57,833 nt of DNA from a virus. Taxonomy: Duplodnaviria > Caudoviricetes. Made by a program: the position numbers and the translations under genes. Of the stretch, positions 9,891-18,094 are shown in pieces. The notes under the pieces are model-generated. The model worked only from the letters and a program-made list of their open reading frames with translations. It did not search any database and was not told where the DNA came from. The stretch lies in IMG/VR virus record IMGVR_UViG_3300033145_000723, positions 1 through 57,833 of that record; one strand, given 5' to 3'. The first letter of the stretch is position 1, and the number at the start of each line of letters is the position of its first letter.

Positions 9891-10820
9891 TTAACCCTCG
9901 TAATTCTTGCAGACTTCTTTGAGACCTTCTGGGAGAGAGACACCCGCCGACCATCCGAGAGCGTTGATCTTCGAAACGTCCAATCGCTTCAGCGGCATCC
10001 CATCTGGCATTGAAGAATCGTAACGCAATTCTCCATAGTAATTCAAATTCATCGCAATCTTTTCTGCTAGCATTGCAATTGAAATATCTACGCCCGTTCC
10101 AACGTTAATGACCTCTTCAGAATCGTAATGTTCAGCAAGGAAAAGACATGCACTAGCCAAATCATCAACGTGCATAAACTCTCTACGCGGTTTTCCTGTT
10201 CCCCAAATCTGAACACATTCTTTCTTCGCCTCTCGCGCGGCATAAATCTTCGCAATGAGAGCAGGAAGAACATGACTATTTTCAAAATCGTAATTGTCAT
10301 TCGGTCCATATAGATTCGTGGGCAGAAGACAAATTCCAGGGAATCCAAATTGCTTTCGATAAGCCTGAACACCCATTATGCCAGCAAGCTTTGCGCAAGC
10401 GTATGGTGCGTTCGTAGGCTCTAGGGGTCCACTCCAAAGCGATTCCTCTTTTAAAGGCTGTGGTGCGTTGCGTGGGTATGCACAAGAGGAGCCTAGATAG
10501 ATAAACTTGGTAACTTTGAACTTCCATGCCGCTTTAACCGTGTTCATTGCCATCATTACGTTGTCGTACAAAAAGGTAGCAGGAAATGTATTGTTCGCGT
10601 GGATACCTCCCACCGTTCCCGCGCACATGAAAACGTAATCGGGTCTCTCTCTGAGGAAAAACTCATCAACCTTTTGCGGGTCTCTAAGGTCAAGCCAATC
10701 ATGTCCAGACCAAACTATATTTATTGGCGGGTGTCCTTGAGCAGTTAACGCACGAACCACAGCAGAACCAACCATTCCCCTGTGACCAGCTACATAAACT
10801 TTTGCTTCTTTGTCAATCAT
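9891..10820 (-). CDS. fcl: GDP-L-fucose synthase (GDP-4-keto-6-deoxymannose epimerase/reductase)
   Basis: VAGHRGMVGSA, VGGIHAN, LGSSCAYP, LEPTNAPYACAK, PTNLYGPNDN, SHVLPAL, WGTGKPRREFMHVDDLA are canonical Fcl/WcaG motifs. Confidence 0.97.
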   Translation of the reverse strand: MIDKEAKVYVAGHRGMVGSAVVRALTAQGHPPINIVWSGHDWLDLRDPQKVDEFFLRERPDYVFMCAGTVGGIHANNTFPATFLYDNVMMAMNTVKAAWKFKVTKFIYLGSSCAYPRNAPQPLKEESLWSGPLEPTNAPYACAKLAGIMGVQAYRKQFGFPGICLLPTNLYGPNDNYDFENSHVLPALIAKIYAAREAKKECVQIWGTGKPRREFMHVDDLASACLFLAEHYDSEEVINVGTGVDISIAMLAEKIAMNLNYYGELRYDSSMPDGMPLKRLDVSKINALGWSAGVSLPEGLKEVCKNYEG

Positions 10821-11179
10821 GCTAAGAGTCTTTCCAAACCAAGTAGAATGAGGAGACCGATACCCGCCGCTTTAATAAAGAACTTGATGATTTCAGTTTT
10901 TCCAGTTTGTATAAGAGCCGCTTCTGCTTTCTTCTCTTCTGCTTTCTCTTCCTGGAGCGCAATCATTTCTGGACAAGGCTGAACGGGTACTTTCAAATGT
11001 CTCCGTTCATCTTCAAGGAAAGTCACACGCTTTGTAACGTCCTTATCAAATGCCTCTCGTTTTTCATCCTGCTTTTCCATTCGTTTGTAGACACCTTTGA
11101 AACCTTCGTTCATTGTTGTATGAAATGAATCTACAATGTTTACTAATTGCCCTTCGTTCTCATTGTTGTCTGGCATCAT
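10817..11179 (-). CDS. Coiled-coil protein with C-terminal membrane anchor
   Basis: Charged coiled coil followed by hydrophobic IIKFFIKAAGIGLLILLGL. Confidence 0.65.
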   Translation of the reverse strand: MMPDNNENEGQLVNIVDSFHTTMNEGFKGVYKRMEKQDEKREAFDKDVTKRVTFLEDERRHLKVPVQPCPEMIALQEEKAEEKKAEAALIQTGKTEIIKFFIKAAGIGLLILLGLERLLA

Positions 11180-11589
11180 TCATCCTCTTCGGGGTACGGG
11201 TCTTTTCCCATCCAAACCATTCCAGCGGTACGTGATTTCTTTCCATCCTGAATCTGTTTATTCAAGAGCGCAAGATTCCCCGCAGAATCTAAACCCATTG
11301 CCATTTGACCATAATGCGTGACAGAAAAACCAATATCCACTTTCGATTGAAGACCTTGACCAACGCTACCCGCTTTTTCACTTTTCGCGCGAGGGTCTTT
11401 GACTGCATAGAAATGTGCCGACAACCACAACTCGATTTTTGCAAGCTTGGCATCTGAATAATCTGAGTCAGTACAATTTTCTGTGACAAGATCATTCGCG
11501 GCATCAATGAACACGGTAATATCTGGAGTCGTTTCAGTATCTAGTTCAATGATGACGGCAACTTCAGCTTGCGTTACACGATTCGCCAT
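11176..11589 (-). CDS. Head-tail adaptor (DUF4054/gp6-like)
   Basis: FIDAANDLV...IELWLSAHF...SEKAGSV...THYGQMA motif typical of adaptors. Confidence 0.82.
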   Translation of the reverse strand: MANRVTQAEVAVIIELDTETTPDITVFIDAANDLVTENCTDSDYSDAKLAKIELWLSAHFYAVKDPRAKSEKAGSVGQGLQSKVDIGFSVTHYGQMAMGLDSAGNLALLNKQIQDGKKSRTAGMVWMGKDPYPEEDE

Positions 11590-11592
11590 GAT

Positions 11593-11913
11593 CTATTCCC
11601 CTCTAGTCTTTTTCTTCAGAGCTTTGAATTCTTTTTCTACTTCTTCAAGCTCTTTGTATTTCAATTTGAGTGACTTCCAATGATCAGGATGCATCATAAT
11701 CCAACCGCCGATATCTTGTTGGCATACATCCACTTCTCCCATCCCAGTTTCTGTAAGCACTCGGCAATCAACTACAGTTTGCGTAAGAACTTCAATTGGT
11801 GTTCCCGCCTGAACAATAATCATTTTCTTTTCGACTCTGGGGCCAAGCGTAACATTGCAACCAGTGAGACAGATTACGAAGAGACTACAGACCCAAATCT
11901 TTGAGGTGTTCAT
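11593..11913 (-). CDS. Lipoprotein, possible o-spanin-like lysis protein
   Basis: Signal peptide with lipobox LTG-C; start overlaps the upstream small ORF; follows the holin-like gene. Confidence 0.6.
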   Translation of the reverse strand: MNTSKIWVCSLFVICLTGCNVTLGPRVEKKMIIVQAGTPIEVLTQTVVDCRVLTETGMGEVDVCQQDIGGWIMMHPDHWKSLKLKYKELEEVEKEFKALKKKTRGE

Positions 11914-12049
11914 CTTTGTCCTTTCCATCATCAACTTTCAAATCAGGTTCGGGATGGGACACGGTTGTCTTGAGCGGTTTCTTAGTTCCAAAAATTCCCT
12001 TGAAGAATTCTAGAACCACTTTGGCGATAACCGTGACCCATCCCATCAT
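11885..12049 (-). CDS. 54-aa protein absent from the ORF track (possible i-spanin-like partner)
   Basis: Translated by hand: MMGWVTVIAKVVLEFFKGIFGTKKPLKTTVSHPEPDLKVDDGKDKDEHLKDLGL*; fills the gap between the holin-like and lipoprotein genes. Confidence 0.65.
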   Translation of the reverse strand: MMGWVTVIAKVVLEFFKGIFGTKKPLKTTVSHPEPDLKVDDGKDKDEHLKDLGL

Positions 12050-12058
12050 CAACCCTTT

Positions 12059-12625
12059 CTACAAAGTCGAGTTCGAATCAGCTTCATCATGAACAACATT
12101 CAACGCCTGTCCAAGTGCATCTTTGTCAAGGACAGACGGATTTTTCTTCCCGGCTTGAATTACGCCCAGTGCATAGTTCAATGCAGCGGTTGCGCGTCTT
12201 TCAGCCGTAGTTGCATTATCTCCCTTCGGTACAGTTTTCTCAGCAAATTTGATTGCAGCAACCAAGTATCCTTGGTAGTCATCGTAATACTTTTTCCATT
12301 TTGGTTTCGTGAGGTAAATTTTTCCTGCAACGAAAGCACAAAATATGGCAACAAGTTCAAGACCTGCGGGGGTGTTCATTTTTTCCCAAAGAAAAGCCAT
12401 AACACTTTTCAAAGAGAATCCTTCTTCGTCACTAACGTTTGGTACATCTGCAGGTGATGTTTCTACTGCGGGTACTTCAACGACAGGCAATTCGGGTGCC
12501 CCCTCAGTAGGTTCAGAGGCCATACAAGTTTTTGTCATCAACGTACCGTCTTGGAATTGCATGCTCGTTGCCGACATGTAACAAACCATCAGCAAAAGTG
12601 TAGCCATGACTCTACCACATTTCAT
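12059..12625 (-). CDS. LL-H-like holin with N-terminal signal/extension
   Basis: TM segment followed by LVAAIKFAEK...RRATAALNYA...LNVVH, the pattern of LL-H family holin C-termini. Confidence 0.55.
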   Translation of the reverse strand: MKCGRVMATLLLMVCYMSATSMQFQDGTLMTKTCMASEPTEGAPELPVVEVPAVETSPADVPNVSDEEGFSLKSVMAFLWEKMNTPAGLELVAIFCAFVAGKIYLTKPKWKKYYDDYQGYLVAAIKFAEKTVPKGDNATTAERRATAALNYALGVIQAGKKNPSVLDKDALGQALNVVHDEADSNSTL

Positions 12626-13263
12626 GCCACTCTCCTTTCAGCCAAAAATTCCTCCATGGACATCATGGGGAAAAATTTCAATGCCGAGTCATCATTTACA
12701 TTGATGATTTCTCGGTCACTGAACTTTGCACGCCAATCTTGCGCAACAGTTTTGAACGAACGTAGAAATCTGGGGTAAGAGGAGTCGCGTTTCTTCTTGT
12801 CCTTTGCATACTCATCATGCCAATGGGTTCTAGAATCTACTCGTTTCATATCAAAACCCAAAAGGTAAACACGTTTGCAACCAAGAAGGAAAGCTAAGTT
12901 GATCGCACCCGCTCCCACATTTCCATTCCATCCGATTCCATCGGTGTACAATCCTTGAGGTCTCCGCGAGACTACATACAACCAATCCGCTGGAGGATCA
13001 TTCCAAAACTTTCTTGCATCAGAAAAGACAGGACCGCCATTCACATTAAATTCGCGCAGTCCATCGTGATGTTCCTTGAACGATTGTCGATCTGACCAAA
13101 GAACTGCAGTACAGATTTCATTCCCCAATTTGTACGCAACGTTGCAACCTATCGTCATCTCGCCGCGCAAAATATCCCATGGGAAATCATGCAGCGATTC
13201 TCCACCACCTATAATGATGGCATCAGAATCTAACCACAAAGTTTCAGGAGTCCAGCGTGGCAT
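12622..13263 (-). CDS. Maf/MptE-like (GT29-like fold) putative glycosyltransferase
   Basis: AIIIGGGESL, TIGCN, WSD, GAGAINLAFLLGCKRVYLLGFDM, HWH, IINVN motif set. Confidence 0.75.
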   Translation of the reverse strand: MPRWTPETLWLDSDAIIIGGGESLHDFPWDILRGEMTIGCNVAYKLGNEICTAVLWSDRQSFKEHHDGLREFNVNGGPVFSDARKFWNDPPADWLYVVSRRPQGLYTDGIGWNGNVGAGAINLAFLLGCKRVYLLGFDMKRVDSRTHWHDEYAKDKKKRDSSYPRFLRSFKTVAQDWRAKFSDREIINVNDDSALKFFPMMSMEEFLAERRVA

Positions 13264-13267
13264 TTGC

Positions 13268-13720
13268 CTAACCCCCCTGAGAATAACTTTCGAGGAGTTT
13301 GTTGATGCCGGTCACACCAAGAGGTGCTTTGTTGAGTGACTTGTCCATGTCTTCAGGATCGAAGAGATTGAAACGGTTCTTTGCTTTGGCTTTATGCACG
13401 ACAAGGAAAATTTTCGATGCAGTTGGAAAATCTTTTGTTACATCATTCGGGTTGACCTTTTCCTTTTCCGTGTCATCATCTTCCTTCGCCGCTTCATTTT
13501 TCGCTTCTGCTTCCTTTTTCTTTGAGAGAGCAGTAGGAATTGCAGCGGGTTTTGCTGTGTCGCGTTCTTCATCTTCATCTGGGGGAAGAACCCGTTCAAA
13601 CTTCTTACCGAAGAGCTTCACCAAATTCACATCGGTTTTGATAATTGATCCACGCGGATACGTGAGACCGTCTTGAACGTGACTCCCACCAACAACTCGA
13701 TACTCTTTTACTTTACCCAT
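13268..13720 (-). CDS. Hypothetical protein following the major capsid gene
   Basis: N-terminal YRVVGGSHVQDG.TY..GSII domain is common after MCP genes; charged linker. Confidence 0.7.
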   Translation of the reverse strand: MGKVKEYRVVGGSHVQDGLTYPRGSIIKTDVNLVKLFGKKFERVLPPDEDEERDTAKPAAIPTALSKKKEAEAKNEAAKEDDDTEKEKVNPNDVTKDFPTASKIFLVVHKAKAKNRFNLFDPEDMDKSLNKAPLGVTGINKLLESYSQGG

Positions 13721-13758
13721 TTTCGTTTCTCCCTTCCCAGGACAGTACAAAAATTGTC

Positions 13759-13806
13759 AAAAAAGAAAAGTGGTAGAGGAACGGGTTTTTACACCCGCCC
13801 CCCTAC
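13759..13806 (-). terminator. Intrinsic terminator after the major capsid gene
   Basis: Minus strand stem gtaggggggcgggt / acccgttcctctac (with G-U pairs) followed by cacttttctttttt. Confidence 0.75.
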
Positions 13807-13818
13807 TCGCTTCAAAAA

Positions 13819-14877
13819 CTACGAAGCGACAGAACCATGAACGATACCAGTATTCCCATTCTGGTCAGCGCGAAGCTGAGGAACGAGAATTGCCATGACC
13901 TTGAAGTTGACTTGCATGCCACCCTTTGATTCCCACTGCAAGGTTGTGATATCCATGCCAACCACTTCACGCACGACATCACTTGTCATCTGGACCAAGA
14001 TCATATCGTAATTCGTGAGGTAATCCAGCGTTTCAATGGATTGGATGTTGTTGATCTTCAAGATGCGGTCACGCAAAGTATTATCACCCTTTGCCGTGGA
14101 GAAATCGTCATCAAGATACAAATCCCAGTTCGGGGAAGTGTACAATTTCCAAGGACCGTAATGATACGCTCCCTGACTTGACGCACGCATGGTCAGAACT
14201 TCACCAAGAAGCGTGGCACCAGTCCAACCGCCTGTAGTCGGACTCGTAAGAACCTGAGTCAAGCGACTTGGGAAATTCGTGTAACCGTAAAGAGAACCGC
14301 CCCCGTAAGCATACGAGGAAGCAGTACCGATTAGAAGTTGCTCAGCCATTTCCGCGACACGCCGAGCCGCAAGCTCTGCGGACGTTGTATCAAGAGGACT
14401 CCCACCATTCCGACTTGCCATGAGTTGACGCGCGGAATAATTGAAATCCTTGTGGATAATGGGGAGAGGCAAGTTGTTCAGTTCGAAAACCGGACGATCT
14501 GCAACGCTCTCGCGCAATCCGTCCATGCTCACGATGGCATCAGAAATATCACTCTGCGTTTCCGTTTCCAGAACGGTCTTGCCCATACCATTCGGGATAA
14601 CAAACTGCAAACCACTTCCACGCAAATCAGCAACCGCGCGGAGTCTTGTCTTTGCAGCTTTGACAATCGCATCGTCAAGCAGCTTCCAGTCATCCTTGCG
14701 AAGTGTTGCCGTTGCATTCATGGTGGGCACCGCAACCGCCACACCATTTTGAATGACCGTTGTGTACGTTCGGCCATCTTCACCGCGATACGGACGCAAA
14801 CAATTTACGTCAAAGTTGTTCATGATGAGAGTTTCTGCCACGCTCCCATGCGCTTGACCATTGAGGATAAAATCCAT
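13819..14877 (-). CDS. Major capsid protein, HK97 fold (encapsulin/linocin-M18-like)
   Basis: 352 aa; LRKDDWKLLDDAIV, PLPIIHKDF, PLDTTSAELAARRVAEMAE, YGYTNFP, FKVMAILVP motifs; position after protease and decoration genes. Confidence 0.9.
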   Translation of the reverse strand: MDFILNGQAHGSVAETLIMNNFDVNCLRPYRGEDGRTYTTVIQNGVAVAVPTMNATATLRKDDWKLLDDAIVKAAKTRLRAVADLRGSGLQFVIPNGMGKTVLETETQSDISDAIVSMDGLRESVADRPVFELNNLPLPIIHKDFNYSARQLMASRNGGSPLDTTSAELAARRVAEMAEQLLIGTASSYAYGGGSLYGYTNFPSRLTQVLTSPTTGGWTGATLLGEVLTMRASSQGAYHYGPWKLYTSPNWDLYLDDDFSTAKGDNTLRDRILKINNIQSIETLDYLTNYDMILVQMTSDVVREVVGMDITTLQWESKGGMQVNFKVMAILVPQLRADQNGNTGIVHGSVAS

Positions 14878-14944
14878 AACTCTTACTCCTTCACAAAAAC
14901 CATTCTCGTTTGTTCACAAAAAGAGGTACATCCTCTCAGGTTGC

Positions 14945-15397
14945 TTAACCAGCACAAACTCGCACACGAATTCTTGAAACAACAGCCCCGCTCACAGAGA
15001 GGTCTTTTGCTTCACGCGCAATTGCAATAACTTCCACAACCGTAGTCGAGGAATCTTCATTACCGTTCTTGATGAGCGTACCGTCACCCGCGCTAATCAA
15101 CTCATCACCGATATCCACATCCTCACCGACCTTCAACCATGCCTGTGTTTCACTGCCGATGTATTCAATGTTCAGAGCAACCAAAGACTCCGCTGCATAA
15201 GCGGTGTCCTGATTCGCTCCCTGCAGACCATCTACCTCTGCAAACATTCTTTCCGCTCTCCCGCCTTCAGTGCTATGCGGTTGGACGTTACCACCTGCAA
15301 TCAACTCGCAAAGCATAGCAGGAGTAATTTCACTTTCAGCTCTCTCCTCTTCACGGTTGAACAAACCAAGCAAATGACTCTGATTTTCGGAACTCAT
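14945..15397 (-). CDS. Capsid decoration/cement protein
   Basis: 150 aa; ITPAMLCEL, IGDELISAGDGTL, VIAIAREA pattern; between protease and MCP genes. Confidence 0.75.
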   Translation of the reverse strand: MSSENQSHLLGLFNREEERAESEITPAMLCELIAGGNVQPHSTEGGRAERMFAEVDGLQGANQDTAYAAESLVALNIEYIGSETQAWLKVGEDVDIGDELISAGDGTLIKNGNEDSSTTVVEVIAIAREAKDLSVSGAVVSRIRVRVCAG

Positions 15398-15465
15398 ATC
15401 AACCCTCCATCGATAACCATTTCAATTCACGAACCCACCATCACAAGACAGGGGATTTTTGGTTC

Positions 15466-17205
15466 TTACTTCTCACCGAAATCCATGGTGGGTGCTTCAA
15501 GAGCCTCTTGCGGTTCAGCGTTTGTATCAATCGCACCAGCTTCACCACCTTGACCAAGATAATGACCAACGGAACCGATGGCTGATACCTCTTCAGGTTT
15601 CACAGCGAGTCTTGCAATGCTGTTCAACTGATCGAGAGGCATAGCAATCAAAGCTTCCTGCGTGAACGAATTAGCATCATTCGCCATGATCGCAGAAATG
15701 GTTTTCGCTTTCGCTTGATTATGAGTATTGATACCACTCACAACCATATCACGATACTCTGCGGGAGCATCTGCAAGAAACTCTTTCAGAGTCGGCTTCT
15801 TTTCTGAGGAGGAGTTGTCCTCGACTTTCGTCTTCTCTTCTTTCTTGACAGGAACTTCAACATTCTTTTCCGTTCCGTCTGCATTCTTTTCCGGTTCGTC
15901 CGGTTTGCGCTCAGCCGACAACTTTGTCAACTGCTCTTCGTTCATCTCCATCAAAAACTCGCGGTCATCCTCAGTCCACGCGGAATTCTTGATGATCTTA
16001 TCAACTACCTGCTTCTTGTCCATCGTGTTTCCTTTCGTGTCATCGTTACCCACAAAATTTCCGTCAAGCGTTCGGTATTCTGTAATCCGATCAACTTGAA
16101 CCGGTTCCCCAACAAACTCCGCTCCTGCAACTTCACCTTCAAGATAAGGTTGCTTGAAAAACTTCCCGCCGGTTTCATAAATGAAGAAACCGTCATAGAC
16201 ATCTTCCACCCATGCATTGCTGATGCCTTCACCATTTGAAAACTTGGTTTCAAGCAACCCTCTCAACACCTGTTTCAAATTTTCGTGGCTTTGCTTGTTG
16301 TCCGCAAAAACCGGTTCCTCAATTTCCTCCTCTCCATCGGCATCCTGGTTTCGTAAGAAACCTGCTCCGTCTTCTAAAGAGCAAGCACCTTTTTTATCTG
16401 GTAAAAGAGCCAAGTGATCTGGACGGTAATTCCGTGTGATACCATCATACGGTTCACCATTGAAATCACCTGACTCAAATTCTACATCAGTGAAGAGACC
16501 GGTGGAAAGTTCCATCATCTCTCCGTTATCAATTGCCTCCATCACTCGCGAGTCAACTTCCGCAATTCGATTCGTCTCTAACCATGCTTCAGCTTTCAGT
16601 TTCCCCTCTTCGAATTTGGTGTTCATAATCGTACCCACTTTTCGATTCGTTAGGATATCAGGATCGCAAGCAGAGACCCCGACTCCATTCATAGTGGGAT
16701 GGTAGACAACGACAGGTTTGTGATTCCAAACCATCGGAGTTTTACCAAGTTCATCAGCCGGATAATACAACCGACCATTCGACCCGTTCAAAACTCCCTC
16801 AGTAATCATTACCATGGGAGCAACCAAAAACTCACGCCCTTCCATATTATCAATGCGGGTTTCACCTGTGAAGTTGATTGAGATATTCTGGAGGAGAGTG
16901 GTCTTGCTTGGTGCTACCTTTTTCTTTGCAGACTTCAAAACTTTATGCGCCTTACTCATAATCTTTCTTTGGACACCTTTCGGCATACCGTTTGTTACTG
17001 GGATGTTTGCAATTGCGTTTTGAAGATGTGGAATGTCAACTTCGCCTTGGTCATTCTTGAAAGGGAATAGTCTCAGGTTCCGTGGAGTGGTCATACCATC
17101 TGAATCTTTCTTGCCCCCTTTTGCAACGTGAAGAAAATATGAATCAGGAAGATTGTTCACATATGCAGAGTTCCACTTGCCATTCGACTTCCCCACCATC
17201 GGCAT
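15466..17205 (-). CDS. Prohead protease/scaffold fusion (DUF2213-type) with extra N-terminal domain; start MPMVGK
   Basis: EGVLNG, WNHKPVVVYHP, ELSTG, PDHLALLP..GACS core; charged C-terminal scaffold; SD GGAGG upstream of 17205. Confidence 0.85.
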   Translation of the reverse strand: MPMVGKSNGKWNSAYVNNLPDSYFLHVAKGGKKDSDGMTTPRNLRLFPFKNDQGEVDIPHLQNAIANIPVTNGMPKGVQRKIMSKAHKVLKSAKKKVAPSKTTLLQNISINFTGETRIDNMEGREFLVAPMVMITEGVLNGSNGRLYYPADELGKTPMVWNHKPVVVYHPTMNGVGVSACDPDILTNRKVGTIMNTKFEEGKLKAEAWLETNRIAEVDSRVMEAIDNGEMMELSTGLFTDVEFESGDFNGEPYDGITRNYRPDHLALLPDKKGACSLEDGAGFLRNQDADGEEEIEEPVFADNKQSHENLKQVLRGLLETKFSNGEGISNAWVEDVYDGFFIYETGGKFFKQPYLEGEVAGAEFVGEPVQVDRITEYRTLDGNFVGNDDTKGNTMDKKQVVDKIIKNSAWTEDDREFLMEMNEEQLTKLSAERKPDEPEKNADGTEKNVEVPVKKEEKTKVEDNSSSEKKPTLKEFLADAPAEYRDMVVSGINTHNQAKAKTISAIMANDANSFTQEALIAMPLDQLNSIARLAVKPEEVSAIGSVGHYLGQGGEAGAIDTNAEPQEALEAPTMDFGEK

Positions 17206-17217
17206 TTCAAATCCTCC

Positions 17218-17252
17218 AACAAAAGAAATGGGGCCACTAAACAAGTGGCCCC
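17218..17252 (-). terminator. Terminator-like hairpin immediately upstream of the protease RBS
   Basis: 9-bp stem ggggccact / agtggcccc followed on the minus strand by atttcttttg. Confidence 0.7.
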
Positions 17253-17298
17253 GTTCATCGGGTACGAACTAAATTGTACTTCAAACTACTTAACCAAA

Positions 17299-17327
17299 AA
17301 ACTACGTATCACATATTCGATATGCAA
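17299..17327 (-). promoter_or_regulatory. Putative sigma70-type promoter for head genes
   Basis: Minus strand TTGCAT-N17-TAGTTT with an AT-rich upstream segment. Confidence 0.45.
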
Positions 17328-17349
17328 TAACTATTTTCAAAATTCTTTT

Positions 17350-17529
17350 CTAGCGTGGAGGGAGGATGCTTTCACGCTTTACCAGTCGGCGTATTTCCCC
17401 ATTCTCCATTACTAAAGAAAGTTCCCCGTAGAAACCAGATGCTTGCGCTTCTGAAAGTTTCGCGAGTATCCACGCACGTTGCGCGTCTCGCTTTGAACTG
17501 GAGAGAACCCTCTTTTTGTCACCCGCCAT
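17350..17529 (-). CDS. Small DUF2292/YezD-like protein
   Basis: FYGELSLVMENGEIRRLVKRESI resembles the YG(S/E)V.I..Q(D/N)G.V..I...E motif of DUF2292. Confidence 0.6.
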   Translation of the reverse strand: MAGDKKRVLSSSKRDAQRAWILAKLSEAQASGFYGELSLVMENGEIRRLVKRESILPPR

Positions 17530-17737
17530 TATCATCTCCAGGTTCTTCTTGCGGTTTCGGTTGCGCTCTGAGCACCGGTTTTCCACCTAGTGCATCAATA
17601 GACGCTCCAAGGAATTTCAATTGCTCACCCATCTCTGCGTATTGTTTGCACATCAAGAAAAATGTACCTTTAACGTTTTGGAGTGCTGTCAATTTCCTTT
17701 CCTGTTGCCTTGCCTTCTGCTTCTTTGACACGTGCAT
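17519..17737 (-). CDS. Hypothetical protein
   Basis: 72-aa ORF with SD, packed in the operon. Confidence 0.55.
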   Translation of the reverse strand: MHVSKKQKARQQERKLTALQNVKGTFFLMCKQYAEMGEQLKFLGASIDALGGKPVLRAQPKPQEEPGDDNGG

Positions 17738-17864
17738 TCTCCTTCATCTTATTCGCTCTTCTCTGATCCCACCGAATGGCAGCAGCTAACCCCAATAGGC
17801 AACCGCTCCCCCAAACCAACGTAGAAACGACAACACAAAACAGTAACACTTTCTGCAACTTCAT
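17670..17864 (-). CDS. Small membrane protein
   Basis: Hydrophobic N-terminal half; ATGA overlap with the upstream gene. Confidence 0.5.
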   Translation of the reverse strand: MKLQKVLLFCVVVSTLVWGSGCLLGLAAAIRWDQRRANKMKENARVKEAEGKATGKEIDSTPKR

Positions 17865-18094
17865 TCCTTTGCCCTTTCTGTAACCAGCGCAACAAATTCC
17901 TTCTCACCATCGTCAAGCTCTGCGGATTGTTTAAAAACTGTTCCCCCATCTCCCTTGACTGCTTCTAAATGATACTCACCTCCATAGACAAACTTTTCCG
18001 GGATGCCATTTGGAAATGCCGCGCATGTCCATGGCTCCTGATCCTGCCCAAAGAAATGCTCACAGAAATAGCAGAGTGGTGTACCCGAAGTCAT
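17861..18094 (-). CDS. Small Cys/His metal-binding protein coupled to MuF (candidate immunity/partner)
   Basis: CYFCEH...CAAFPNGIP...H motif; ATGA overlap with the MuF stop codon. Confidence 0.75.
   Translation of the reverse strand: MTSGTPLCYFCEHFFGQDQEPWTCAAFPNGIPEKFVYGGEYHLEAVKGDGGTVFKQSAELDDGEKEFVALVTERAKE

Noticed and set aside
13819-14877. Encapsulin/bacteriocin (linocin M18) nanocompartment
   Set aside because: It lies in a complete phage head operon with portal, protease and terminase, so it is the major capsid protein.
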